Assembly (NCBI GenBank): GCA_019720975.1
Contig: JAGVSJ010000005.1
Location: forward strand, 11,719 to 75,718
DNA from: Candidatus Sysuiplasma superficiale
GTDB lineage: Archaea; Thermoplasmatota; Thermoplasmata; Sysuiplasmatales; Sysuiplasmataceae
Length of the DNA stretch: 64,000 bases
Direction of reading: 5' to 3'
The position numbers and the translations under genes were made by a program. This document shows positions 35,224 through 45,800 of this stretch, one piece after another. Numbering within the stretch: position 1 is the first letter of the stretch; the number at the start of each line of letters is the position of its first letter. Below the pieces are notes generated by a model. The model was not told the origin of the DNA. It saw only the letters and a program-made list of their open reading frames with translations, and did no database searches.

Positions 35224-35972
35224 AGAGTGCAAGGTTCATCTCGTCAGGGGTTGTATGCAGCGGGGTGGTTGAAGGGCAGGTCCTCGTCGACAGCAAAGGC
35301 AACGAGCACAGAATGGATGAGGTGCGGTTTCTGCCTCCTGTCGAACCTTCAAAGATCATAGGGCTGGTGCTGAATTACAGCGATCACGCTGATGAACTTG
35401 GTCTGAGTCCGGGTGACGCACCGGTTGTCTTCATCAAGCCGCAAAACACACTCATAGGTCACCTTGAAGACATAATCTACCCTGAGGGTGTCGAGTTTCT
35501 GCACTACGAGGGCGAGCTTGCGGTCGTCATCGGAAAGAGGGCAAGAAAGGTCAAATCAGCGGAAGCAATGGATTACGTTGGCGGATACACTGTGGCGAAC
35601 GATGTCACGGCGAGGGATTTCATAACAAATACATTCCGGCCTCCTGTGAAGGCAAAGGGGTTTGACACATTCTGTCCCCTTGGCCCTTATCTGGCGGACG
35701 CCGGTGAAGTGGACATATCACGGGGAGTTGAAATCAGGACAGAGTTAAACGGCAGGACGGTGCAGAGCAGCAACACCGGAATGTTCATTCACGACATTCC
35801 TTCGGTAATAGAGTACCTCAGCGCCTTCATGACGCTGAATCAGGGCGACGTCATACTTACGGGTACGCCAAGGGGAATATCGCGGCTCACTCCCGGTGAC
35901 AGGATAGACGTGACAGTCGGTGGCATAGGAACGCTCACAAACATGGTTGCCCCTGAGCACACACATATTTAG
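35220..35972 (+). CDS. Fumarylacetoacetate hydrolase (FAH) family protein
   Basis: 250 aa. Blocks IIGLVLNY, YEGELAVVIGKRA, AKGFDTFCPLGP and GDVILTGTPRG. Confidence 0.9.
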   Translation: MKSARFISSGVVCSGVVEGQVLVDSKGNEHRMDEVRFLPPVEPSKIIGLVLNYSDHADELGLSPGDAPVVFIKPQNTLIGHLEDIIYPEGVEFLHYEGELAVVIGKRARKVKSAEAMDYVGGYTVANDVTARDFITNTFRPPVKAKGFDTFCPLGPYLADAGEVDISRGVEIRTELNGRTVQSSNTGMFIHDIPSVIEYLSAFMTLNQGDVILTGTPRGISRLTPGDRIDVTVGGIGTLTNMVAPEHTHI

Positions 35973-36037
35973 CCGGTTTCGCCGCCCGCGGAGGACAGAT
36001 GGACAATCTTTTACTATCTCAACATGTATTACTGTCT

Positions 36038-37219
36038 ATGAAAATAAGCAGTTTTGAGATATATCAGCTGGGGAAGGAAGTGGCCCATGGTCAGACCTGG
36101 GCATCATCTGCCATTATGGTTAAACTGACAACATCTGACGGTCTTGTGGGGTTTGGAGAGGCAGTTCCCACGCTGAGGGTGGAGCCTGTTGTTGCTTCAC
36201 TCAAGGAAGTCGGAAGGGTCTATACGGGAAAGGATCCGTTCAATGTTGAGAGGAACAGATGGGAATGGTACAAGAACGACTTCTACCTGTCGGAATCCTT
36301 TGAAAGTACGAGCGCCCTCAGCGCCTTCGACATTGCCTGCTGGGACATCATCGGCAAAAGCCTTGGAACTCCGCTCCACAGGCTCATCGGCGGCACATTC
36401 AGGGAAAGGGTCAGGGTCTATGCAAACGGATGGTACAGCAACTGCGTCACGCCTGACGAATGGGCCAAAAGAACAAAGGAAACTGTTGCCAGGGGATACA
36501 CAGGTCTGAAATTTGACATATTCGGCCCCTACTTCGACTGGATTGATGAGGAGGGGCTGCACCAGGCGGTGGAAAGGCTGGAGGCAGTGAGAAATGCAGC
36601 CGGAGACAGGGTCGATCTGATGATAGAGCATCACGGAAGATTCAACCCCAATTCTGCCATAAGAATAGCAAATGCGCTTGAGCCCTTCAATCCGCTTTTT
36701 GCGGAGGAGCCCGTTCATCCGGAAAACATCGAGGGGCTGGAAAAATACAGGAATTCGACAAATGTCCGTGTCGCGCTCGGAGAAAGGGTGATAACGAAGC
36801 AGCATTTTGTGTCACTGGCATCGCGCCACCTTCTCGATTTTTTTCAGGCGGACATCACAAACTGCGGCGGTGTGACGGAGGCAAGGAAGATGGCTGCAAT
36901 AGCGGAATCTTACGGCATAGAGATGGCCTTCCACAATGCATTCGGACCAATACAGAATGCCGTTACAATACAGCTTGACGCTGCAATACCGAATTTTCTG
37001 ATACAGGAGGCGTTCTACGATTTCTTCCCACAGTGGAAACGGGACCTCATCAGTGACTCAACCCCTGTTGAGGGAGGTCATTTCAGTGTCAGCAAGAAAC
37101 CCGGACTGGGTGTCCAGGTGAACGAAAAGATGCTTGAAGAGCTGAGGGTTCAGGGACAGGAGTATTTCAATCCGGATGAGCCTGTATGGGTGATCGGCGG
37201 AACCTGGAAGAACTACTGA
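36038..37219 (+). CDS. Enolase-superfamily dehydratase (mandelate racemase/muconate lactonizing family, galactonate-dehydratase-like)
   Basis: Start at ATG 36038 (MKISSFEIYQL). Blocks GLKFDIFGP, DLMIEHHGRF, FAEEPV, LGERV and AFHNAFGPI. Confidence 0.88.
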   Translation: MKISSFEIYQLGKEVAHGQTWASSAIMVKLTTSDGLVGFGEAVPTLRVEPVVASLKEVGRVYTGKDPFNVERNRWEWYKNDFYLSESFESTSALSAFDIACWDIIGKSLGTPLHRLIGGTFRERVRVYANGWYSNCVTPDEWAKRTKETVARGYTGLKFDIFGPYFDWIDEEGLHQAVERLEAVRNAAGDRVDLMIEHHGRFNPNSAIRIANALEPFNPLFAEEPVHPENIEGLEKYRNSTNVRVALGERVITKQHFVSLASRHLLDFFQADITNCGGVTEARKMAAIAESYGIEMAFHNAFGPIQNAVTIQLDAAIPNFLIQEAFYDFFPQWKRDLISDSTPVEGGHFSVSKKPGLGVQVNEKMLEELRVQGQEYFNPDEPVWVIGGTWKNY

Positions 37220-37237
37220 CGCACTGACTGTCCGCTG

Positions 37238-37432
37238 TCATTTTTCCCTTGCGGTTTCAAAGAGTATTGCGGCAACAACATGCGAACATATGACAGGTTT
37301 TCCGGCCTTCAGGCTGGCCAGCGTGCATGTGCAGTTGAATGTGCCTCCGCTCATGAGCCTTACGCTGTACCGCTGATGTTCACCCTCAACGAAGAGATAG
37401 ACGCCTTTATCCGTCTCCGCATCCAGCGACAC
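37238..37432 (-). CDS. Stand-alone SWIM-type zinc-finger mini-protein
   Basis: 64 aa. FNCTCTLASLKAGKPVICSHVVAAI fits the SWIM signature CxCx(n)CxH. Confidence 0.5.
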   Translation of the reverse strand: MSLDAETDKGVYLFVEGEHQRYSVRLMSGGTFNCTCTLASLKAGKPVICSHVVAAILFETAREK

Positions 37433-37540
37433 CCTGCCGGAAGCGAAGAGTTCGGCACCCTTTGAGTAGATGGATGAACGGGGCAGACTGAAACACCGTC
37501 ACTTGAAGCGCCGGCGTGGTATTAAGAGATCGCATTACGC

Positions 37541-40381
37541 CTATTTCCTTCTGACGATAAAATAGCTCGCGGTTGCTGCAACAATTATCATCAGCACCAG
37601 TATTATCAGCGTTGTGCTATTCTCTAACAGAGGGATCAGTCCAAGGCCCTGGATGGTCACATTTGTAGTAATGTTGACACTGTCCCCCGCGCTGTCGGTG
37701 ACGGTGAGCCTGACGCTGTAAGTGCCGCCGTTCGCAAATACATGGTTAACAGGGTTCCCTGTCGCCGTGCTGCCTGAGCCGAAATGCCATTTGTAGAAGT
37801 AGACGCCGGAACCGCCTGAGACAGATGCGTTGAACGTCGCATTGTAGGGTGCAACACCGTTTGACGAGGGAAGGACGGCTATTGTTCCTGTGAGCGGGGA
37901 ATATATGCGGATTGAGGCTGTAACAGTTGAAACGGAGGAGTAGTAATCGCGCACGGTGAGCGAGACGGAGTAATTACCTGTCGACGTATAGGTGACATTC
38001 AGCACACCTCCGGAATAACTGCGCGTGCCGGAAACGTTGGTGAAGCTCCAGCTGTATGTGTAGGGCGGTCTGCCGCCGTAGGGATCTGCTCTGAATGTCA
38101 ATGTGAGAGGGTAGCTGCCCGAGTACCTGGGCGAACTGATCCGGGCTACAAGATGGGGATATACCCTGAGGGAGAAGGTGCCCTGTGCGGTGAAATTCCC
38201 CTGTGTGCTGTTTTCATATGCTGTCACAAGCACGGTGAAATTGCCACCGGCGCTGTATGTGTGGCTCACGCCGGACCTCTGGCTTATTAGATAAGCACCG
38301 TCAGCAAAGGCATAGCTGTAGTAGGTGGATACGGCGATACTTGGCCCGCCAGACAGGGAGGTGGAGAAGGAGACTGTGAGATTGGCATCGCCGTTTGATG
38401 GCGTTCCGGTAAGAGAAGCGTTCAGTGTATTCTGCGAAGGAGGGGCCAATGCGCTGACATTGAAGAAGGATGTGGATATCTCCGAAGCATTGTCCTTCAC
38501 TGTGAGCCTGATGTGATAGGAACCTGCATAATCCAGCCTCAGCATGTACTGTCTGCTGTCGCTGAAATTCTTCCATCCGTTTCCGCTGCTGGCGTTGAGA
38601 GCCCACGCGATGCTGTAGGGCGCTATGCCGCCGGTTATTGATGCGTAGAGGGACACGTTCAGGGGCGCATCGCCCCAGCCAGGGGAGCCTGTTGCAACTG
38701 CCCTCAGCGGTTGTGTTGGAAGCTTCGCGAGTATGAGAAGCAGGTTGTACACCGACGGCGTACCTATGCCTGTCACCATGCTGTATCCGGGGCCTGCCGA
38801 ATAATAACCGTTGTAACCCTTTGTTATGTCATTGAAGGCGATCGTGTAGTTGTTGCTGTTGAGAATCCTGTAAATATCCGGATTGATGAACCCGACGCTG
38901 TTCTCTCCCCTTGATGCCCTGATCTGGTTTTCGAGGGCCATCATTCCTCCCCAGATGGGAGCGCCGAAACTCGTTCCTCCTGCCTCATCCCAAGTCGAAT
39001 TGTAGTAGACAAAATAGCCGCTGCTTGGCTTAGCGTCAAGGGAAACGTCCGGAACCTCCCTGCCGTTTCCCTGGAAATCACCGTAACCTGTCTGCCATGT
39101 GGGGCGGGAGAACACCGAACTCATGCCGCCGCCGCTTCTGTTCCAGCCCGTTTCGGAGGATATTGCAACATTGCCGCCCACCTGAGTGAGATTCAGCCAT
39201 GTTCCTCCGACACCTGTGACAAAGGGGGAGGAGGCCGGGAAATCGGGAGTCGGTGAAGAGGTGTTGTCGTAGGCACCGAAGTCACCGCTGGCCACAAAAG
39301 TGGTGATGCCCTCTGCTGCCGCCTGCATGAATGTCTGATTGTCAGCTGTCATGACAGAAGCCGGTGTCTCGCTTTCAGGTGTTCCCCAGCTTGTGGTCAT
39401 GACTGATGAAAGGTTGTGTTCTGCGACATAGTTGAATAGTTCTGTAAAGGTCTGCAGCTGCGGATTCGGTCCTTCAACAACGTTGATCGTGGCGTTTGGT
39501 GCTGTTGCTGTCATCCATTCCGTGTCGAGTGTTGTCTCGAGATCCAGCTGATTTGTATAACCGGCCGGCTGAATGACGTTGATCCTGTAGGGAGAGATTC
39601 CGAAAACACTGTCGAAATTCGCTACAGTTGCATTGCTGAAGGCATATGCCGTAACAATCGAGACTGAAGTTCCGGCTCCGGAAAAGCCATCTCTGTAAAT
39701 TCCAGTGAAATTGTATGCCTCATGTATCGTCGCCGGATTGTATGGGGGCTGTGCGTCGGGTGACACAGGAGGAACGTAGGATGGAGATGCACGCTTGGTG
39801 AGGTACACATGCGGATGCTCGGCAACGTCGAAATTCTGCAGACCCTCTATGCCGTCGACAGCGGAGGCTATCTGCGGGGGCAACATTGCTCTGCCCTCTG
39901 CCGTGTAATATACTGAGCCTCTGTAATTGAATGAGTAGAGCATCACTCCGAAGGCGCTCTTTAGCTCTGCCCCGGTCGCCCTTGCCTCGATGAGCATCCT
40001 GTTGGAGGACACATGCAGTATGCGGATACCTTTTCCCTCGAGATAGGATGTGACCGAATGGACCTGCGAAAGGCGCGGTGAGAATTCTGATTCGAATTCT
40101 GCAGGCGTGAGCCACCGTTCATACAGGCTGCTTGACGGATTTGACTGCCTTGAGATAAGGAGTTCAAGGCCGGATATGTTGTTGAGCTTAAGCGATACGA
40201 GTATGTTTACTGTCAGATTTCCCGCACTGTGAATGGAGGATGCGCCCTGCGGGATGGAAACGGAATCTGACATCACCGGAACGAGAAACTGTGGATCTGC
40301 GGCACGTGTCGCAGGTGCAAACTGGACCATGCTCACTGTGAGCAATACAAGGGCAACAGAAACACTCAGCGCCTTCTTCAT
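37541..40381 (-). CDS. Sedolisin (S53) family serine-carboxyl peptidase with PKD-like repeats and C-terminal membrane anchor
   Basis: Start at MKKALSV (ATG 40381), giving a signal peptide. Pro-kumamolisin-like propeptide (ERWLTPAEFESEF). Catalytic Ser block AGGTSFGAPIWGGMMAL. At least 4 PKD-like modules. The C-terminus is a TM helix plus RRK. Confidence 0.85.
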   Translation of the reverse strand: MKKALSVSVALVLLTVSMVQFAPATRAADPQFLVPVMSDSVSIPQGASSIHSAGNLTVNILVSLKLNNISGLELLISRQSNPSSSLYERWLTPAEFESEFSPRLSQVHSVTSYLEGKGIRILHVSSNRMLIEARATGAELKSAFGVMLYSFNYRGSVYYTAEGRAMLPPQIASAVDGIEGLQNFDVAEHPHVYLTKRASPSYVPPVSPDAQPPYNPATIHEAYNFTGIYRDGFSGAGTSVSIVTAYAFSNATVANFDSVFGISPYRINVIQPAGYTNQLDLETTLDTEWMTATAPNATINVVEGPNPQLQTFTELFNYVAEHNLSSVMTTSWGTPESETPASVMTADNQTFMQAAAEGITTFVASGDFGAYDNTSSPTPDFPASSPFVTGVGGTWLNLTQVGGNVAISSETGWNRSGGGMSSVFSRPTWQTGYGDFQGNGREVPDVSLDAKPSSGYFVYYNSTWDEAGGTSFGAPIWGGMMALENQIRASRGENSVGFINPDIYRILNSNNYTIAFNDITKGYNGYYSAGPGYSMVTGIGTPSVYNLLLILAKLPTQPLRAVATGSPGWGDAPLNVSLYASITGGIAPYSIAWALNASSGNGWKNFSDSRQYMLRLDYAGSYHIRLTVKDNASEISTSFFNVSALAPPSQNTLNASLTGTPSNGDANLTVSFSTSLSGGPSIAVSTYYSYAFADGAYLISQRSGVSHTYSAGGNFTVLVTAYENSTQGNFTAQGTFSLRVYPHLVARISSPRYSGSYPLTLTFRADPYGGRPPYTYSWSFTNVSGTRSYSGGVLNVTYTSTGNYSVSLTVRDYYSSVSTVTASIRIYSPLTGTIAVLPSSNGVAPYNATFNASVSGGSGVYFYKWHFGSGSTATGNPVNHVFANGGTYSVRLTVTDSAGDSVNITTNVTIQGLGLIPLLENSTTLIILVLMIIVAATASYFIVRRK
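37621..38716 (-). repeat. Four or more tandem PKD/Ig-like modules in the sedolisin C-terminal half (approximate borders)
   Basis: Recurring pattern: ..PLNVSLYASITGGIAPYSIAW.., ..NLTVSFSTSLSGG.., ..PLTLTFRADPYGGRPPYTYSW.., ..PYNATFNASVSGGSGVYFYKWHFG..GTYSVRLTVTDSAGDS. Confidence 0.7.
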
Positions 40382-40559
40382 GCATACACACATTTCAGTT
40401 CTTTTTTAAATTCATTTCACGGAAAAAGGCGCAGACAGATACACCAATCTGTGCCGTCCCTCCGCTGTGACTGCCTTATAATGGGCGCTATTTAAATCTA
40501 AGGTCAAAAGTGTTCTCTTCAGTAAATATTAATACACATTAAGGGCTAAATGAGCACAG

Positions 40560-40871
40560 GTGACAGATATGCCAACAGAGGAAGAGGTGCTCGAAGTTCT
40601 CAAGGAATGCTACGATCCGGAGATACCGATAAATATTGTTGATCTGGGTCTTGTCTACAACGTCTCCATCGAGGACGGCAAGGTCAGCGTTACCATGACG
40701 CTGACAGCGCCGGGCTGCCCGGTCAGCGGCATGCTGAAGGAGGATGTGACCTCCAAGCTGCTTTCAATCGAAGGGGTTAAGGAAGCGAATGTGGACATAG
40801 TGTGGGAGCCGGTATGGACGCCCGAAAAGATGTCTGAGGACGCAAAGAGACAGCTAGGCTGGATGACCTGA
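40560..40871 (+). CDS. DUF59/SufT-like Fe-S assembly protein
   Basis: 103 aa. Blocks VLKECYDPEIPINIVDLGLVY and MTLTAPGCPVSGM. GTG 40560 or ATG 40569. Confidence 0.85.
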   Translation: MTDMPTEEEVLEVLKECYDPEIPINIVDLGLVYNVSIEDGKVSVTMTLTAPGCPVSGMLKEDVTSKLLSIEGVKEANVDIVWEPVWTPEKMSEDAKRQLGWMT

Positions 40872-40907
40872 GCAGCGGATGGCTCAATGACCACTGCCTG
40901 AATCCAT

Positions 40908-41567
40908 TCAGAAATTTACGCCGTACTTGGACGCCAGTTTGTTTACTTCCTTGTCACTCCATTTGTAAAATTCCTTCTGACTGACAGAGACGATGTCTAT
41001 GCCATTCCCCGTCGCCGCATCCCTCTTCAGTGCAGCGCAGAGCGCCCTGACACCAAGTTCAAAACCTTCGTCCCTGGATATGTTCGTCTCTCTGTATCTG
41101 TCCTCCATGACACCGTAAACATACGGCGATCCGGAACCGACCGATATGAAATCATCTTCCTCCGCTCCTCCGGCAGGGTCCACTGAAAAAACATGGGAAC
41201 CAAGTCTGTCCACGCCTGCCACTATGGGGAATGTATACTCCGGATAGAATTTGGTCTGATTCAGCATGTTTGCGAGAAGTGTCGATATGCCGCTTACACT
41301 GATCTCGTATCCGTTCTTGAACCGGAATATGTTGCTTTCAGCCTGGAGCACCCTTACAACGTGCTGGCTGTCCCCGAGCCCCCCTGCTATTGTTGCAACT
41401 ATGTGGTCGCTTATCCTGTGGAGTTTTGTTGTGTTCTTTGAACTTATCATGGTATCCATTGTGGCTCTTCTGTCCGTGGCCACTATGACACCGTCCTTCC
41501 ACTTGAAGCCGAGCGTCGTCGTGCCTGTTGACTGCACTGTCATATCCATGGATGATGCAATATTCAA
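40908..41567 (-). CDS. psmB: Proteasome subunit beta
   Basis: 219 aa. A propeptide precedes the catalytic Thr in TTTLGFKWKDGVIVATDRRAT. GSGSPYVYG is also present. Confidence 0.95.
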   Translation of the reverse strand: MNIASSMDMTVQSTGTTTLGFKWKDGVIVATDRRATMDTMISSKNTTKLHRISDHIVATIAGGLGDSQHVVRVLQAESNIFRFKNGYEISVSGISTLLANMLNQTKFYPEYTFPIVAGVDRLGSHVFSVDPAGGAEEDDFISVGSGSPYVYGVMEDRYRETNISRDEGFELGVRALCAALKRDAATGNGIDIVSVSQKEFYKWSDKEVNKLASKYGVNF

Positions 41568-41661
41568 CCGATATATTAGCGATTTGATTGCGTGGAACTG
41601 CGGGCGACAATAAAATTGGGTTAAGAGATTTCAGCAGCAGGTCCTGAAGGCTGCAGGAACA

Positions 41662-41880
41662 CTACTTCTTCATTACCTTCATGAAGCCGCCGCTCTCGTG
41701 AACTGACAGACCGCGGGCATAAAGCAGGTTCTCGAAATCATCCCAGGTCGTTTCCTCGAGCCTGGGGTTGTTGCCCTTGGTAAACTCGAGCTTTGTCGTT
41801 CCCTTTACTTTCGCCGGCCTCAGTCCCTTTGAATAGGCTATGCGCTTTGCCTCTTCGAAGGGTATTTCTCTCATTGCCAT
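41662..41880 (-). CDS. Hypothetical small protein
   Basis: 72 aa from ATG 41880 (MAMREIPFEEAKRIAY..). The track ORF starts at a TTG 60 nt upstream. No family recognised. Confidence 0.45.
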   Translation of the reverse strand: MAMREIPFEEAKRIAYSKGLRPAKVKGTTKLEFTKGNNPRLEETTWDDFENLLYARGLSVHESGGFMKVMKK

Positions 41881-42091
41881 TTCTAATGCATCCCTCTCTT
41901 CTGTTTTTAGCCGCTTTCGCAGCTGTTGGCTATATCGCAAACCAAGTATTTCATACTTTCCGTCAGACAGTTGTCGTACGAATAATGGATAATTTTATAT
42001 ATTACATAACCGGAAAGCGCAGAAGATGAATCTGCCTGAGAACATGCTCCGGGAAATCATCAGGAGCAGCGCAAACAGTTTATCACTGTAA

Positions 42092-42826
42092 TTGCGTCTC
42101 CCCATCATGAGCGGGACAGAATGGAACGGCGAAGGCATAGGATTCAAGATACCCTTTTCGATCCCGGGCGTTTCGACATCGATACTCGTTTCTGTGGATG
42201 GGGATGCGTCGCATCTCCTTGTGGAGTGCGGCGACGGAACCTCTCTCTTCCTGCATTCCATATTCGGCAGGCATTCAGAGCGGTATGAGAATGTTTCCTG
42301 CGTAATGGTCACGCATGAACATCTTGACCACGCCGGTGGAATACCGGCCCTGCTGATGCTGATGGAGGTTGCCGGAAGAAAATCGCCAATGAACATATAC
42401 ACGCCCTGCAGAGCAGGTGGTTTCATAAGAGGTTCTCTTCAGCATCTGAAGAGAAGATTGCATTTCGAAGTCAACGTCCTCTCCACAGACGGCGCGAACG
42501 CGTTTCGTGAAGCAGGCATCGATGTGACACCGTTCCGCACTGAGCACAGGGACAGTTTTCCCTCTGACAGGTGCGGGAAGAAGGTGCCGTCCAATGGCTA
42601 TTCGCTGACATACAGAGGCAACAGATACGTCTTTTCGGGAGACACCGGTCCCTGCAGGGCACTCGAAGAAGCATGCAGCCGCGCAAGTCTTGCAGTGATC
42701 GAGTCAACCTGGGAAAAGCCTGTAGATTGCGACTCGCTGCACCTCACGGTCGATCAGGCATCGGCATACGGCTCGCTTGCAAGGGAACACATACTGATAC
42801 ATCCGCTGCGCGACAACCATTCCTGA
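42092..42826 (+). CDS. MBL-fold metallo-hydrolase (RNase Z/BN-like)
   Basis: 244 aa. Intact VMVTHEHLDHAGG motif, plus GDTG later. The start may be ATG 42107. Confidence 0.75.
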   Translation: MRLPIMSGTEWNGEGIGFKIPFSIPGVSTSILVSVDGDASHLLVECGDGTSLFLHSIFGRHSERYENVSCVMVTHEHLDHAGGIPALLMLMEVAGRKSPMNIYTPCRAGGFIRGSLQHLKRRLHFEVNVLSTDGANAFREAGIDVTPFRTEHRDSFPSDRCGKKVPSNGYSLTYRGNRYVFSGDTGPCRALEEACSRASLAVIESTWEKPVDCDSLHLTVDQASAYGSLAREHILIHPLRDNHS

Positions 42827-42858
42827 GGTTCTGCGGAAAGGAAGTGCTTTCAATGCGC

Positions 42859-45800
42859 TTACATCGAAGCGTCGTTGAGCCATTCGTCTGTCTGTATCCT
42901 CCGCTGGGATGGAAGGAATATGTTGAAAGTCGAACCCTTGCCCATTCTGCTTTCCGCCCATATCCTTCCTCCATGCCTTTCAACTATCATCTTGGATATG
43001 GGCAATCCGAGCCTGAATCCCGCACCAGTGTGCAGTATTGATGAATCGACGACGTGGTACCTGTCAAACACGTAGGGGAGATCCTCTTCCGGTATGCCCC
43101 TGCCGGTGTCGCTGACGGACAGAAGTATGCCGTCTCCGTCATTCCTGGCAGCGATGTGTATGGAGCCGCCGGGAACGTTGTATTTTATCGCATTGGTGAC
43201 CAGATTGTTTATTGCGCGCTTTATAAGGCCGGCATTCGCAGTCACCTTCCTCAGGTCCTTTTCCATTTCGATCTTGAGTTCTATTGACTTTGAAAGAAGC
43301 TGGGGAGAGACTACAGAGCATACCTCCTCGATGAGCGGTATTATTGATATGGACTGCATCTCTGTTTCAAGCATGAGCGCCTCCATGCGAGTGAATTCCA
43401 GCATGTTGTTGACTATCTCATTGAGCTCAGAAATGCTCGCGAGCAAATTCTCTATGTTCATCATCTCCTGTTCTGTGAATTTCCCCACCTTCCCCATTTT
43501 CATGAGTTCTATGTAGACCCGGATGGAAGTGAGAGGCGTTCTCAGTTCATGTGCCGCAATGCTTGAAAAGTTGGATCTCAGCGTGTCGAGTTTGCTCAGC
43601 TTGTTCAGCGCATCGTAGGTTGCCCTGAAGTTTCTTGAATTCTCAATGCCCGTAGAGAGCAGAACAGACGCTGCATCTATGTAATCAAGGTGCCATTCAC
43701 TGAAGGAATCTTCGCTCCTGTTATTGAAGCAGACAAGTATGCCGAGCAATCTGCCGGCGAAGGAAATGGGTGTGCCTGCGATCGATTTTGGTGTTTCCGC
43801 CCCGTTGAGAAGACGGAGGACTGCCTTGAAATCTTCAGGGAGACGGGATATTGTCTCCGAGCATATCTTCTCACTTCTTATGTTGAAATGGCCGCCTGCC
43901 TCAAGAGCAACCGAAAGAAGGCCGCTGTTTCTGTCATCCGATACCATCCATCCCTGTGAGTTTCGGAGAGCTTCCCTGTCGACATTAGTGTTTGAAGAAA
44001 CAGATGCGACTCTCATGAGGCCTGAATCGTCCACCAGAAAAACTGCGACGAGATCGCACCTTGCAAAATATTTCACTTCCTCAACTGTCTGGTTGAGTAT
44101 GATGTCCAGGTCAAATGTGGAACTTATGTTTCGGGCGATCCTGAGTTCTGATGCAAGCGCGTTGAGTGTTTCATCTGTTTTTCTTCTGATGTTTCTGTTC
44201 TCTACGACATAGCAGAACGCATCTACAAGTCTGCTGGATTCACTTATCTGCTTGCTGGTAACAGCAGGTTCACCGGTATGGAAAGCCACAAACACTGTCT
44301 CACTTCGGCAGTTCCTGCCGGCCGGTGAAAGAACGGAGAGGTGACTCACACCCTCCCGCCTGATGAAGTTGTGCTCGCTGACCTCCTTCTGTGTCAGCTG
44401 CAGAACCGAAAAATTGATATCGTCGTCCTTCGCCGCCACGCCATTGTGCAGCAGTGTTCCCGCCTCTTCAAGCACATCCACGTCCTGTCCCCCGGAAGAT
44501 GAGAAGGATGCAACAGGCAATGCGACATGCTTTTCCCTGTCAACGGCATATGCTGCTGTGAGACGCGCGTCGAGTATTCTTCCAATCATCATGCAGAATG
44601 CCTTTGCTATCTCCGCGTCGGAAACAGCCCAGCCGTTATCTTCGGCCCTGAATGCGTCGAGAAGCACTTCAATCAGCTGATCTCCGGCATATGCATGCCT
44701 TGTCTGACCCAGAAATGATTCGTGAAATGAAATTGCCCTGCTGAAAAGGTCGGTTGCATGCTTCAGTGCAGATATGTTCATCGAATCCATGCTTTCCGAA
44801 GGGGCGGAAAGGATGATCAGGCCGTCAGGCAGCGCATCCCCATTGCCGGAATAGAGAGGAACGATCATCACTCTTTCATCAGTCCCTTCCCCTGTTCCGA
44901 GCATCGACAGCATGCTGTCACCTTCGTTCAGTCCGATATGCCATTTTGCTCCTCTGTTCAGAAAGTTGATTGTCAGGAGATTGTTCAGGCTCAATTCCCT
45001 GTTCGGATGCCGTGTAACAGGAAAGAAAGATATCAATTCGTATGCCTTCTGGCTGTAAAGACGGTAGAAGGATACAGAAGAAAACCCGAAGGAATTGGAA
45101 AGGAATCTGCAGAAGCTGCCCGCAAATTCCTGAATTGTGTGATGGGAGCCGGGGACGAGGAGTTCCTCAAGTAATTCCCTGTTCACTGCCCCGATGTCAT
45201 CTTCAGCGGCCTTCTGTTCGAGCGATCGCAGGTGTGTTGTCCAGTAATCAAACAGCGTCCGGAGTATTCCGGCGGTGTGACGCGCCTCATCAACCGATTC
45301 CGATGAAACAACATACATCATGGAATCCACTTCAATGCCGTCGCGATGGAAAAGGACTGTAATCGTGTAATTATCATCGCCCATGTACCCCTCAGTGAGT
45401 TGAAGAAGCGACTTCCCCAGCCTGTCGGTGCAACCTTCTCTGTCGAAGACAATCTCATCCTGATATCCGAAATCAGTTCCTGGATAATCTATGCGACTTC
45501 TCTGCAGCACATTCTTCCAACTCTCTCCCCTTGCAGAATGAGATACAGACTTCATGACGCCTTCTCTCCTGAAAAACGCCACGAAGACAAATTTCGAGTA
45601 CGCCTTCAGAATGAGATCGGCGCTGTTCTTCAGGTCATCAAAGTTGACCTTGTCGGACGAGTATTCGGATATCAGCCTTTTCAAACTTTCAAAATCCAGC
45701 CTCTCCTTGTGCAGCTGAGAGGCCATTGAGATCTCGCGATAGCGTGCCCTGCTGATCATTGATACGGCGGTGAGCATGCCCCGGAAATGCGGACAACTCA

